Part shown: piece after piece, positions 13,236 through 26,149 of the stretch
Layout of the letters: the number at the start of each line of letters is the position of its first letter
How positions within the stretch are numbered: position 1 is the first letter of the stretch
Assembly (NCBI GenBank): GCA_951406725.2
Contig: OX597816.1
Coordinates: forward strand, 151,094,001 to 151,158,000
Direction of reading: 5' to 3'
Length of the DNA stretch: 64,000 nucleotides
Source: Octopus vulgaris
Lineage: Eukaryota
Notes under the pieces: generated by a model
Seen by the model: the letters and a program-made list of their open reading frames with translations, nothing else
Database searches by the model: none
What the model was told of the DNA's origin: nothing
Translations under genes and position numbers: made by a program

Positions 13236-16200
13236 CTAAAGAAAATACTGTCTAGTAGTTACCCCTGTGTTCCAAATTCAAATCTTGCAATAATTGACTT
13301 TCCTAATTCTTGGGTCAATAAAATATGTTCCAATCAAGTACTAGAGTTGATTTAATCAACTATTCTCTCTCACAAAATTTGTGGCTTTGTGTCATTAGTG
13401 ACATATTATCACTGTTAACTATAATATTAATAAATAATTTTTGCATTCGTGTCATCTTCCCAGGTCAGTTATTTTTTGAAAAGTAAATATTTTTTATGGT
13501 TTCATCAGAGGAAGAAGGATGACACCTGTTATCCTTTCCTATGACCAGTGGGATTAATGAAGTTATCATTTGACCAGAGACCTAGCCCAAATTCTTACAA
13601 TGTAGTAGACTCTGTTAAAGATACCTAATAGTCAAATGGTGGTGTCAAACCAACAGGCATCATCACAGTTTCTATCTGCTAAATTTCTCTCCCAAACATT
13701 TGGTAAAAAACACCTACCCAAGATTTAGCTCAGCAGGATCAAACCTGAAAACATAGTTACATAGCTGATATATATACTAATATTTATAAAAGATCTTTGG
13801 ATTAATTTGTTCTCTAATTTTTCATGTCTTTCAGTATCATTTATTTACTACACTTATATCTGTATAAGTAAGAAGAAAAGTTTTTTGTTCTGGAATCTGA
13901 AGATATTCAACCATAAGAGGCATCAAAAAGTTTTAACAAATCTCATATCAGCCTATCATTCAAAATCAAACTATTCCTTTCTAAACAAATCTTACTGATT
14001 CAAACTTTTTATAATAACAAGCACTTGAATGGATTCTTATAATTTGAGAAACAAAGAATGATAGTGAAAGGAAATTGAGTCTCAAACTAATTGGAAACTG
14101 ACAAGTTGTTTATAAGAAAAGATTTACAGATTTGACATTAAAGTCTTTCATAAGAACTGGATTTCTAAAAGATGACACTAACTCTTTAGTTTGAGTGGTT
14201 TCTAGGAATTCATGAAAATTAATTTTGAGTACTCCTCTTAACTCAGACTAATCATTAAAGTATCGTTTTGGGTTTGAGGATGTAAACTCATACTGTAAGC
14301 TAATGAAGTCCTTGTGCTTTACCACAACTACTAAGATTAACTTTTTATATATAAATTAGCCTGAGGAAGACAGATCAGTGTCCCTGATGTGGCTAATGTT
14401 CAGCTTGAATATCCTAAATCTGTAATGTGGTATTTAATTATAGTGGGGTGAACTACACTAGCAAATGTTTTAACTAGCACAGAATCTGATTAATGACATG
14501 GAAACCTTTGCTAATAAAGCAGTAACCTGATAAATCCAACTGGAGTTATCAAGTATTACTTGGTTTCAGTGAAATTAAATCTCAATTTAATTTTATTTAT
14601 AATTTTTATAGGCTGTTGATTAATTTTTTTATAATATGAGCTGTACTTGTTGAAAATCCATAGCCCATTTTTGTGGTACAATGTCAGCCATAAGCATATC
14701 TTCTGTTGGAAATTATTATCCTGTCATTTCCTTCATAATATTGTGATGAACTTATTTTTTTATACTTATAAATACAACATTGATTTAGTAAGTATATTAC
14801 CATAGTTTGATAATAACTGAAAATAAGATTTGAGCTGTATGTGTTACACTTGACAAAAAAGAGATTTCTATCTAACACTGTGCCTTTAAATACTTTTTTT
14901 TTTCATGCATTACAGGCTAAAATATATAAACACATGAATACTTACCACAACAAACTACAAAACATGCATACACACACAAAAAAAGAACTTGGATATAATA
15001 ATAGTGATGGTGCAAGCAACAGCAGCGATATTGGTGTTGATAATGAAGGAGGGAAAAAGAAAAACTAAAAATGCAGTTATATCATTACAGCCTCTTGCTT
15101 CTTATAATCTCTGTCTCTCTCTCTCTATTTACCATTATCAACACCAATGTTATTGCTACTCTCTCTACCACTACTTTTATATTTTCTTGTTCTTCCCTTA
15201 GCATTACACACATTTTACAAAGATAGGATCAAGGTTATTAATATTTACACTTCCCATTTGCAACCAATTTGACACTTTTGACAGTCAAACTTTCGCTTAA
15301 GCCTGTGAGAGAATCTTTACACAGTCACTCAACTAGGTTGAAATATCAAGCAAGTCTTCTTAAATCTCATCCTACCTTCTTAAAGGAATATGCATTCAAT
15401 AATGTAGTTCTTGATACTCTGTCTGAAGAAAATGCAGGATGGTCACAAGTGGGATGTCTTTGATTATAATTTTACTTATTTTACTTTAAGGGAACAGCTT
15501 TTTTTTTTTTTTTTTAAATTTTGTAAGATGTTAATGAAGTTTTTGGAAGAGTGCCTTTTTTCAGGAATATGGTCATTGAGCTGGTGTTCAAAATCTTGAC
15601 CGAACCTATTACAGATAACAAAGATTAATCAGTACTCCTTCAAATTTTGAGTAGCAAATGAATTATCAGTTTTTAATTTCAAAACTCACATAGTGCCTTT
15701 TCCATGTTAAAATTGAACTAGTGATTTGCTTCTTTTTTTTTTTTTTTTAATTCAATGTAAACTGGTATCTGAATAAATCTGCAGATATTTAATGTCTACC
15801 AGTTGTTTCATTAGTTGAACTCTTGAATATATTAATATAATATACTGGATTTATTAAATACATTTTGATGTCAAATACTCATAATAAACAGCCGTCGTGT
15901 GTATATTCCCAGATATAATGTCTTAACATAGCAACATGTTTTGAATTAGCTTTAAAATAACTGATATATACATGTCTGTATCTCTGTGCAGACATATCTA
16001 TGCTTACATATGTTTATGTCTTTGTGCCTCCATGTGTGTTTCAAATTAATTTCTAGTATTTTCTTTTTTTCTTTCATTCTCTCACTCTGATTCTTTGGGT
16101 TTTCCATCCACCTTCCATCTAAACTGTCTTGCATTTTAATCTTGTCATTAAGAAACCTCAGTAGTGATGAAAATACGAAATATACAAGATTTATTCAGAG

Positions 16201-18086
16201 AAACTTTTTTGTCATTTGCTTTTTAACATTTGCTACCCAGATTTATCTCTCTAATTGGTTTAATTTTCTTCTCTGCATGCTTTTTGAGTAAGTTTGTGGT
16301 AAAGTGTTAAAATTTTCTAAATCTTGTAATATTTTTTTTCTTAAAACTGGAATAAAATAATACTTCACTTAGTATCTGATTAACAACACTTGTCTGCTCA
16401 AAGTTGGTCCTTATTGAACAGACTATGATCAAAGGCATCACAGCCATGATTGTCCTATATTTTTCTCTGCCACTGAACTTTAGATTACATTATCCATTGA
16501 CTTTTTTCTTTTACTCCTCTCTAAAACAGTTGGTATAATTTGAGGAACTGCTATTTCTAGCAGGTCTAATGGCACATAGAGACTGAGATATACCGACTTT
16601 CTTGTCTAACTATAGCTGTGGCACCATTCCTGCTAAGTTAATTTTTAGCCACTTTTATCTTCTCTTGTACATATCCTAATTTATTAAAGTCACTCTAAGT
16701 TGTTTCAGCCATAGTAAACAGCTTACAAATTCTGATGACAAGTCTTTAACAAAAAGATAAGATAAAAACTATTTTGTTTACTTTAATGAACAACAAGCCT
16801 TTAAGAATTCAAGCTTAGATGTATTTGTTTATGAGAAGCTAGAAAGAAAGTGACATGGTGTTCCTATTTTTAGGCTTGATTCCCAGTTAAAATTACTTCA
16901 TTTTTACTTTTAAAACCCAGGGGAAAGCATGTCACACAATTTAATTTTCTATAAATCTTTATAAATTCAAGACCATATGTGCATTTGTGAGAAACCAATT
17001 TAAGTAAAATTTAGCAAAATTAATTACAGAGTTTTATATACCCATAACTGTTAAGAGATTTAATCAAATGCCTCATTGTATTAAGTTGTCATCTCATTAC
17101 AGAGGCACTATTAAAATGTACTCACGTTAATATTTCTTGTAGTTCCCTTCAGAGCTTCCATTTTGCAGTAATTAGAAGAGTAAAAAAGTTAAAGCAGCAG
17201 GAAAATTGCAGATAATATAATTATCATTTTAAATGTGTAATAATTATTGATCCAGAAAGGATGGGCAATATTCATAATGCAGCCATTTAGTGGTAAAATG
17301 TCTTTTAGAATTGAATAAGAATATAAACTTTCAGGTGCAGATTGATGTAATAGATATTAAGAAAGGTTACTGAAGGTAGTGTTGATTTGTTTTACACAAT
17401 GTGTCCTTTTTCTCAGAAATAATTCACCTGTAAGCAATCAAAAAATAAAAATCTTCACTTACCTAATTTTCTGCCAAATTTTTTTAAAGCTACTCTTTAG
17501 ATTTGCCATTGTAAGTAATTTTCAGTTGATTATTTGCTCAAACAAGGTCATGATGGACTTGGCCAATACTTCTCAGAGTGTACTGGCCAAGAAGGGGTGG
17601 AAATTTTTATAAAGCGGGTGGTGCTGGGAAAGAGATACATCTTTTAACTATCCTAATTTTCAAAAATATTTTCAATTTTTAATGCGTGTGAATCATTTGA
17701 TAACATCATAAGTGGTTGAAATGTTTTGACTTTACATGTTATATGCAAGTGATCTTTTAATGGCAAATCAGTCAGCAACAATTTAGTTGTGATTGCATTG
17801 TAGCATAGGGACATTGTAAAAGTGTTAGTAAGAGAAAAAGCGGCTATAGTTACAAAAACAGTTTTAGATGCACTGGACTAGGCCAACATTCAATTGTTGC
17901 TGATGTTAAAAATATGATATAAATCTGTTATAGCCACCTACAAACTTATAACAGTTGATGCTTTCATAACTTGAAGAGGATGTAAGAGAAATTTCTCCCT
18001 GTGGTAGAATATCAAGATATCATTATCTAATATCCCCAGGTCTTAAATGTTATTACGGACATTCATAGAATTGTATATATGACCTA

Positions 18087-19060
18087 CAGGGTGTGGTGAA
18101 TAAATTGTCGTCAAAATTATACAAAACTGAAAAATAACACTGACATCTCAATTTAACAGATATTTTTACCAAAATTACGTAAAATTATCTTGAAATACTA
18201 AAGAGTAAGTTTATTCAATAAAATCGCCATTGGCTTCAACCACAGCCTCCAGACAACTTTGGAATCTCCTGCAACTTTTCTGGACGGTATCCTTGTTTAA
18301 GTTGGTGAATGCTGCCATAATCCTTGCCTTTAGTTCATCTTTGGTGTTACAAGGAGTTTTGTTGGTCTCTCCCTCAACTGTACCCCACACATAATAATCA
18401 AGGGGGTTGCAGTGTGGGGAGTTAGATGGCTAGATTTTAGGAGTGTTGCGGTAGCAGAAATTGTCTGACAGCCATGACTGGGTTGTTTTGCCTGTGTCGC
18501 ATGGTGCAGAATCCTTGAGTTAGTTCAAAAGCTTTGTAGCATGTTCTTTCCTCTTGTCCTTGATAGCTTGGGACAAAAATTGGCCCTTTCTCATCTTGTA
18601 TGAGGAAAATTGAATGTCTTCATGCACTACCTGTCTGATAAGAAGCTCAGACACTCCCATGTCTGGCAATGGACCTGACTGACTTGCTGGGATCATTGTC
18701 AATTATGGTCTGGATCTCACCAGCCATTTCAAGAGTTCTTATCAGAATGACCAGAGTGAGTTTTCCAAGCTGCTGTACCTTTGTAATCACCATTAGACTC
18801 CTCCAACTCTTTCCGAATCCTCTGCACTGTCCTCAGATTGACACCCAAACACTCTGAAATGTTCATATTGGCACTTCTGGTGTGAATGCTAAGCAGTACA
18901 GCATATTGTTTCAAATTTCTGGCAGAGTGAATTGCGTCATGGTGCTGTTTTTCTCACAGATGTGCCCAACTGACCCTATTATACTGTGTAGTTGACAAAA
19001 TCAAAAATAATGCGCAAAATTAAAAATATAAAGTAGCAACAATTTACCCATTGCACTCTG
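18087..19060 (-). mobile_element. maT/DD37D (Tc1/mariner superfamily) transposon, internally deleted
   Basis: TA at 18085-86 and 19061-62; imperfect TIRs cagggtgtggtgaataaattgtcg / cagagtgcaatgggtaaattgttg (rc). Minus-strand D-SAPC...*PSNSPHCNPL-D-YYVWG has 37 residues between the two D. N-terminal HTH (ISECLGVNLRTVQRIRKEL). The first catalytic D region is deleted near 18515. Confidence 0.9.
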
Positions 19061-19958
19061 TATACTGCTGCTGTGAAAACTGGACTATCTCTAGATTTTA
19101 TAGATTGCTCATCCCTTTCCATAGTCACTCAGCCATTTTACTTCCCAGTTTGGTTGGCCAAAAAACTTATTGTGTAATTAATCCTTACTTATTCCAAGGG
19201 ACTACTATTTTTAAGCACCTTGTAAGTATTTATTCAATTAAAGTCCATCCATACTGTGGCAAATCTGACTTTTTATTCTGTAAGACGTCCAAGTTGCCTT
19301 TCAAGCCAATGGTGAATGAAATAGATTAATTTTGTTGTTTTCATTTCTGCATCTAGTGAAATGGTCCTCTTATGGTATTAGGACTATTTTATATTCACAG
19401 CTGAATTCTTCGCCAAAAGATTGTTACTACTGATGTTTACTGATCTGGATCTAGCTATCTCCCCTCATCTCTCCTTTCAGAGATTTTTGGAATTACCTTA
19501 TCTATATTAAGATAGCATTGAAATGATGCCAAATATACTGTTTGTTGGTTTCTTTTTCTGTTAGACAACTGCCAAAGACATTCTAATGCAGCCATCAGAT
19601 ATGAGAAGATAGTGATAATCCTGACTTATTTTTGAAGCACATGTTTCAGAATCTGAATAAACTTTATATTTCCCAAATCAAGTTCTTATATGAGAATTTT
19701 GTTATAAATTTTAAACAATTTTAGTAGTATTTCCTTTGTCACTAATGTATCAAAATTGCATAACCATTACTGAATCAGATTTGATAGACTTAGTGGGTGA
19801 CAGTCTCAAATATTCTATTAATAAATAGACTAATGTCTTCTGTTTTAATTCTTAACATATATGTGGAATATAAAGAGTGGGGGATGGATTTATTAATAAA
19901 ACTAAAATATTTGATACCTATCCTAATGAATTGGGGAGAAAAAAAGCAATTAATTTAA

Positions 19959-20171
19959 CCCGTTTGATATCAACCTGCCTGAAACCACCCTTAGCTCTGA
20001 CACAAATTCACTGTTTTAAATTGATCTAAATGAAAACCTTCCATCAAAATTTCATGTTAATTTATATTCCAAACACCAGCTTAATAGTGACAAATTTATT
20101 TTAATAAATTCTTAATTATTTTCAAAAATAAAGCAAAGACCATGTATTTTAACAGCAATATAATAAAAAGA
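19959..20171. mobile_element. TTAA-flanked piggyBac-like MITE (degenerate)
   Basis: TTAA|CCC start at 19955-19961 and TTAA at 20172-75; the internal catcaaaatttcatgtt recurs at ~11371. Right terminus is degenerate. Confidence 0.45.
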
Positions 20172-20433
20172 TTAAATCACATTTTCCCCTTTTGAGATTT
20201 AATTTTTTGTTAGAATGGATTGAATTGTGTTGCTAATGTCTTTGGGGAAATTGTGAGCACTTCACTTTTCCATATCCACTACCATCTAAACCTGAATTGC
20301 TATGCCCACAGAAAGAAAGAATTATTTTTCGCTATTCTGAAGTTTTTTAGTAAAGATAATATTCCACACTCAGAAATATTTTGTTCCAATTTCACTGCAC
20401 ATTGTTTTTTTGGGTTTTTTTCAATTATCTGTA

Positions 20434-20636
20434 GAAGGTACGTGGCTTAGTGGTTAGGGCATTCGACTTACAATTGTAAGGTCATGAGTTCAATTCCTGG
20501 CGATACGTTATGTCCTTGAGCAAGACACTTTATTTCATGTTGCTCCAGTCCACTCAGCTGGCAAAAATGAGTTGTCTGTATTTCAAAGGGCCAGCCTTGT
20601 CACACTCTGTGTCACACTGAATCTCTGTGAGAACTT
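20434..20636 (+). mobile_element. tRNA-derived SINE (family B)
   Basis: tggcttagtggttagg (A-box), gagttcaattcc (B-box), then gtccttgagcaagacactt central motif; inverted copy at 59249-59533. Confidence 0.8.
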
Positions 20637-21485
20637 CATAAGTGACATATTTATTTTTATGTTGGCATTGGTTGGACATTTTGACAAGATCCAATGAGTC
20701 AGAGGACCACATCTTGCTCCAGTGTTTCAGTTTTGACATAGCTTGTATGGTTGGATACCCTTCCTAACATGAACCACTTTACAGATTGTACTTCCTGGCA
20801 CCAGCACTAGTGAGGTTAGCTTGTAACATGCAAAACTAAAGATCTCTTTAGACTGAGAAGAGTGATAGGAAATAGAGTAGCTGCTTTAAACAAGATGTTG
20901 AAATGCTAACGCATGATGGGAGGAACAGCTACCAGTTCCTTCTTGTGGAGGAGATTCATAGCTACTTAGTAATTTACATAAGTGAATGGGAATGGCTAGA
21001 GTAGTATGCCAAAGTGAGACATGGTGGTAATGAGGTACCAGAATGTATATATGGGATGAATGGTGAACAGGCATAGTAAATATGAGTGGCTGATGACAAG
21101 AATAAGGGATGGTTGTCTATTAAGAATAGCAGAGAGGAGAGATAATGGTACTGGCAATATGGTATGTAATTTTAATTCAAGAATCTATTTCACAACCTTT
21201 TTCTAGCATATCTTATTGGAATATACTTCTCAGTTAATTCCTTATAATAAATCAACCAATGTTTTAAGGCACTGGAAATGTTTTTTAAAGAAAAACAATC
21301 ATTTATACATCAATATAGTAATTTAGTCATTATTTGAATGTATTAGTTTTTATAACCTATTATTTGTGCTAAACATTGTTATAACAAATCAATTTGTTTT
21401 TGTTTCGTTTTTTCCCCCCCATTACTATTAAGTTTTCTGAAAAGAAATTTATGTTAATAATTTTTTTTCTTTTTCAATATTTCAG

Positions 21486-21522
21486 GTAAGTACTGGAAGC
21501 ATTTCTCTTAACAATGGAGTTG
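21486..21522 (+). other. Candidate recursive splice site with 37-nt cryptic (RS) exon, or a coding microexon (VSTGSISLNNGV)
   Basis: Branch-like gttaat at 21453-58, tract ttttttttctttttc-aatatttcAG|GTAAGT, downstream donor TTG|GTAAGA at 21523. Only frame 0 is open. Confidence 0.55.
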
Positions 21523-21682
21523 GTAAGAAAGATTGTTTACAGTTTGTTGAATATTTTTATATTATTGGAATGCTTTAGGAAGAATTGAGAAAAAAAGATT
21601 TTTATATATATATATATATATATTTTATCTTTTAGTCACAATTTTTCCTATATATATGTCATCTTTTAGTTGCAATTTTCAT

Positions 21683-21713
<31 letters not shown>

Positions 21714-21730
21714 CACACACACATATAATA

Positions 21731-21946
21731 TAAATGAATAACAGATGAATAATGCGTCAATTCACTACAGCTGTTTCCAATGAATTTTTGATTAATGGAG
21801 ACATTACATCATTAGAAAAAACTGTTCCATGTACTCACCTGATGAAAATGTTTTTTTCTAATGATGTAATGTCTCTGTTGATCAACTAAAAATTTGTCGG
21901 AAACAGCTGTAGTGAAGTGATGCATTATCCATTTGTTATTTATTAA
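21731..21946. repeat. Long imperfect palindrome (Penelope pLTR-like inverted repeat)
   Basis: Arms 21731-21822 and 21850-21946 are reverse complements (ttcactacagctgtttcc / ggaaacagctgtagtgaa; gagacattacatcattagaaaaaa / ttttttctaatgatgtaatgtctc); 27-nt loop; preceded by (CA)/(TA) microsatellite. Confidence 0.85.
21833..21918 (+). ncRNA. Type I hammerhead-ribozyme-like motif (probably degenerate)
   Basis: tcac-CTGATGA(21839-45)-54 nt-GAAA(21900-03)-cagctg-TA-gtga; helix I tcac/gtga pairs; the base of helix II does not pair. Confidence 0.45.
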
Positions 21947-22177
21947 TTTATTATTCACCTATCTCAGAACCTGCTCCTTGTGTAGATTTGAAATATATTA
22001 TGGACTGTACATTTAGTACAATGTGCATTTCTTGACTAACCTCAGGGCTATTGATGAATATCATTTTGCCTGTACTTCGGTACCCACATATGTATTCCTT
22101 TATTTTTGTTGTGTACACATTTTACTTTTCAACATGACCTTATCATTTAAGTGCCTAATTCATTCAAATCCTGATTT

Positions 22178-22219
<42 letters not shown>

Positions 22220-22221
<2 letters not shown>

Positions 22222-24650
22222 AGCAGAGGCACCCGGTATTGACCGGGAATGAAACCATTCCTTATATATTGGAAGAAAAAAGCAAAATATGTTGTATAGA
22301 AATTTTATTCTAAATTCAATTTATTCTTTAATTGGGAAATCACTTCTGAATTCATAATACAAAATAATGATAATAATAAACGGAAATACAAAATTTAAAA
22401 CTTTTGAAGGAAATTATGGAAGAGCTTCTGGGTAAACAGCATTCTTTGTTTTCTGGTTTAGAGCATAGACAAACAAGTCTTGCAAGCTAGCAACCCTGGA
22501 GTAACCAACATAAAGTTGACCATGAGAAAAGTAAGTCAGTAGATTTTAAAGTCTGACCTTGAGCTTTATTAATAGACATTGCAAGGCAAAGTCACACTGG
22601 GAATTGTGTTCATTTGAACTCAAATGGCATGTCTGTTGGTTTGATTGGAATTCTTGGAATGAAAACCTCTTCCCCAAAGCCACATCCAGTGATGATGGTA
22701 GCTTCTGTCACATTAGGTGATAATGTTTTCACAATCAGTCTTGTCCCATTGCATAATTTAGGAGGATCTAAATTTCTTAGAAGCATTATTAGGTCTCCTA
22801 CCTTCAGAAAAAGTTTCTGTGGAGGAGTTCCAGGTGACTCAAGAGAATTAAACTTGAGGGACTGAATCAACTGATTTGTACTCCTTAATGACTGTTGGAA
22901 CCTTATTTGTTAATTCATGGTTAATTCTTGCTACTGTCTCATTTTTTGGAGCAAGAATAGCCCTTTCACACAACCATTTATGTGAACTGTAATTATTATT
23001 TAAGTCTGGAAATGCCCTGTTCTTCAATTCAGCTGGGGAATTCACCATGATAGCAATATGAGCCAAATTGATATCATCATTCCCATCAAATAGTGCTTTC
23101 CCATTTCCCAATTGGAGGAGCTAGACTGAAAATTGTTTTGCGCATTGGTTCCCATGTAATAAAGCTCACACATTAGTATTGAAGGAGAATTTCTGTACTT
23201 TATTTCATTGGTGTGAAGACTTAATGCATGGTTTTATTTCATCAGATCTTGTTCATCTCAGAATGACTGCTAATGTCTGTCTGAAGTCTTCTGATAAAAC
23301 TAATGTAACTCCCCCCATGTCCTCTTATGTCCTGTAAGGTCTTATCAAGAGATTCCATTGCACTTCTATTTGAAATGGTGCATTTGATCCCAGATGATAA
23401 GGTGGCATTGGTACAACACTTCTGCTGAACCTGAATCTTTGCATATGTTACAAATTGGGCTGTCATTTGTGACCAGGTTTAGTGGTTATTTAAAAGCAGA
23501 ATGAGCTGTTCGTCCTCTCAAGAGAACGGTGGCAGCAAAGCCAGACAATGCTACAGCAACTGCAATTCTTTTTTGTTGCCTTACTTTGGAGAAAAGCAGT
23601 ATTACAAAATGTTTTACCTGTGCCGCCAGGAGCATCAAGAAAGAAAATTCCTCCACTTTTTTGTAGTGATTGTAGAACGCCACACACACACACACACACA
23701 CACAGTATCAAACTTCAGTTGAAATGATGTGTGTGTGTGTGTGAGAGAGACAAGAACAAGTGAAGGGGTGTATTGTCATGTATACATACATAAGTATACA
23801 TCTTTTTTGTATGTGTGTGTGTGTGTGTGAGAGAGAGAGAGTGCCACTTAGACATCACTCTCTCTCTCTCTCACATACATACAGAAAAGATGTATGCATA
23901 TGTATGTATACATAACACACTTTCAATCAATCTCTCTCACACGCACACAAGCACACATACATAAATGTATACAAACATACATACACAAGCTCGTGCATGT
24001 GTCACTGACTACAAATACATAGTGCTGAACATGGCACGCAAAAAAGTAAATAAAAATTTTTTAACAGAAATTAACAAATTGTGTGGATTCAAGCGAAAGA
24101 ATGCCCATATTTTTTTGGATGCCCTATGTTGAATTGCAAAATTTTAATGTGATATTTGTGTAATAATGAAATCAAACCTGGAGTGTGTGTGTATGAGAGA
24201 GGGGGCGCAGAGAACATTGCAAGCAATGAATTAAATAAATAACATGAAATGAAAAAATCAAGCATAAAAGCACATTAAAAACTATCTTGCATCGAATATT
24301 TAAATTTGTGAACTTAGTAAATATTTCTTTCAGTAATTTATCATAGTTAATAAATAGCAAATTAAAACTTGAAATGAAAACATTAAAATAGAGAATGGGA
24401 GATTTCACAAATTAAAATGTAAAATTTCACTGTTGCTACATCAATACCAGAAGTTGACATTGAGAAACCTTTTTAAAGAAGTGACTCATAAAAAATATAA
24501 AGCAATATTATTTATTTTTAATAAAAAAATAAACTGATGACCTTATGTATCAGAGGTCAAATTATTTGTGCATCCCAAATATGAAAGCAATTAGCACAGC
24601 CGTTTTCACGTGAAAAGCAAACACGCATGGGTCTATTTTATTATAATAGA
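22220..24650 (-). mobile_element. Non-autonomous Helitron retaining a decayed PIF1-type helicase
   Basis: Minus-strand fragments FFLDAPGGTGKTF, GRTAHSAFK, WLCERAILAPKNE, LKVGDLIMLLRNLDPPKLCNGTRL, FIPRIP. 3' hairpin cccggt-attg-accggg (22232-47) followed by CTTG (degenerate CTAG); 5' TC at 24650. No Rep motifs seen. Confidence 0.9.
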
Positions 24651-24739
24651 ATATATATATAAATAATCCATATTAAATTAAGAGAAGAAAGTGGAGAGTT
24701 AGTGGTTAATAATTATTTATTAATAAATTGATAATCATT

Positions 24740-24839
24740 TCTTCCTACAGCTGTTTCCATTTATATTCACTGGATAAATTACAAATTTATTCATTAAATT
24801 TGCATTTACAAGTTATGAGCAAAATATCATCAGGGAAAA
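24740..24839 (-). ncRNA. Type I hammerhead-ribozyme-like motif with extended helix II
   Basis: Minus strand: ttttcc-CTGATGA-tattt...aaatg-GAAA-cagctg-TA-ggaaga. Helix I (6 bp, one G-U) and helix II base (5 bp) both pair; the 69-nt insert contains a hairpin (gcaaattta/taaatttgt). Confidence 0.55.
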
Positions 24840-26023
24840 GTTAGATATTAAAAAAATTATATGTTGACCTATCTGTTCATTCCAACAGACTGCTAATTTT
24901 TTAATATCATGTAATTTTTTAATATCTAACTTTTCCTTGATGGTATTTTGATCATCAGTAATTAATATACACCAATTTGCTTTTTGTACGTACCTGACAT
25001 ATGTCACGCTTAAGAAATTTTGTTACTTAAATAAAGGTTTTTAACTATATCTCCTGTAATTTCTGGAAGAGATTTAAAACTGCCACCTATGTGTCACTAC
25101 TTTTCAACACCCATGCCTACTGGGCCACTGAAACAGCAACGGTTCTCTAATGAGAAAATTAAGATACTTAAATTTGACTCATGTGTGGAGCAAGGGAGAG
25201 AGGAAGTGTGAGAGAGAGAGAGAGAGATGCCATGAAACTGAGTGGCTGAGATATTTGAATTCCTTTCTACAATTGAAGTGAAACTGACCCCTAGCTATTA
25301 AGGCCCAACTACACACACATACATTTGTTTTAGGTCTTCTACCCATTTGAATTTGGTCGTATACCAGATAACATGTAGAGTCTTATGTTCCAAAATTTAA
25401 ATTTTGAATTTGTTTTAATTATAGAATTACACCTCAGCTAAAAAACATCTTTTGGTTTTCAAATACAACCTTTTCATTCTCTTTCAATATTTTTTGTTAA
25501 GTTACAATTTCTCTGTTTTGATCAGGATTTTACCAATTGTTTTTCTTGTATCAAATAATGGACGAAAGCATTAAAAAAAAAAAATTAAAATTAAGTTCAG
25601 AGTTGAACAAAATCAAAAAATATTAACTCTATTTTCCCCTTTCCTTAATACTAACAAGGACATAGTATGAGAGAGATTTGGCTGTTATTTCTAGCAAATT
25701 GAACCACCACACAATTGTTCAATTGGCTCATTTGTTGATGTGTGTAAGTAAACAAAAACTAAAATACATACATACGTACATACATACATGAATGTATGTG
25801 TGTGTATCTACAGACCAGGACAGAGAGCAAGTGAGAGAGATAACATAAAAGAATACGAGAAAAGCGTTCCATGCCACTAATCCAAGAGGGTTCTCTGAAT
25901 ATGTATGATGTATTTTAAGGCTAAATAGTAATCTTGTTTAAATTTGTGTAACTGAGATATTTTGGTTAGATTATATAGTTATCGGTTTTACACTTCTTTC
26001 TATATTCTGTAACTGTTGCAATA

Positions 26024-26149
26024 TACTTTTCTACTATAGGCACAAGTCCTGAAATTTTTGGGGCGGGCGTGCGCAGTCAATTAGATCAACCCCAGTATGC
26101 AACTTGTACGTAATTTATCGACCCCGAAAGGATGAAAGGCAAAGTAGAC
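26024..26149 (-). mobile_element. SINE family A, 3' half, antisense
   Basis: ttatcgaccccgaaaggatgaaaggcaaagt closely matches the reverse complement of the 34688-34895 core. Confidence 0.75.

Noticed and set aside
14378-14415. ctgatgt-ggct...agctt-gaat hammerhead-like string
   Set aside because: Core mismatches in both boxes and no helix I pairing.
20434-20505. tRNA-like A/B boxes (also at 34155 and 34688)
   Set aside because: These continue into repeated SINE bodies and lack a full cloverleaf; SINE heads, not tRNA genes.
22610-23701. PIF1 helicase-like ORFs as a cellular gene
   Set aside because: Intronless, frameshifted and bounded by Helitron termini.
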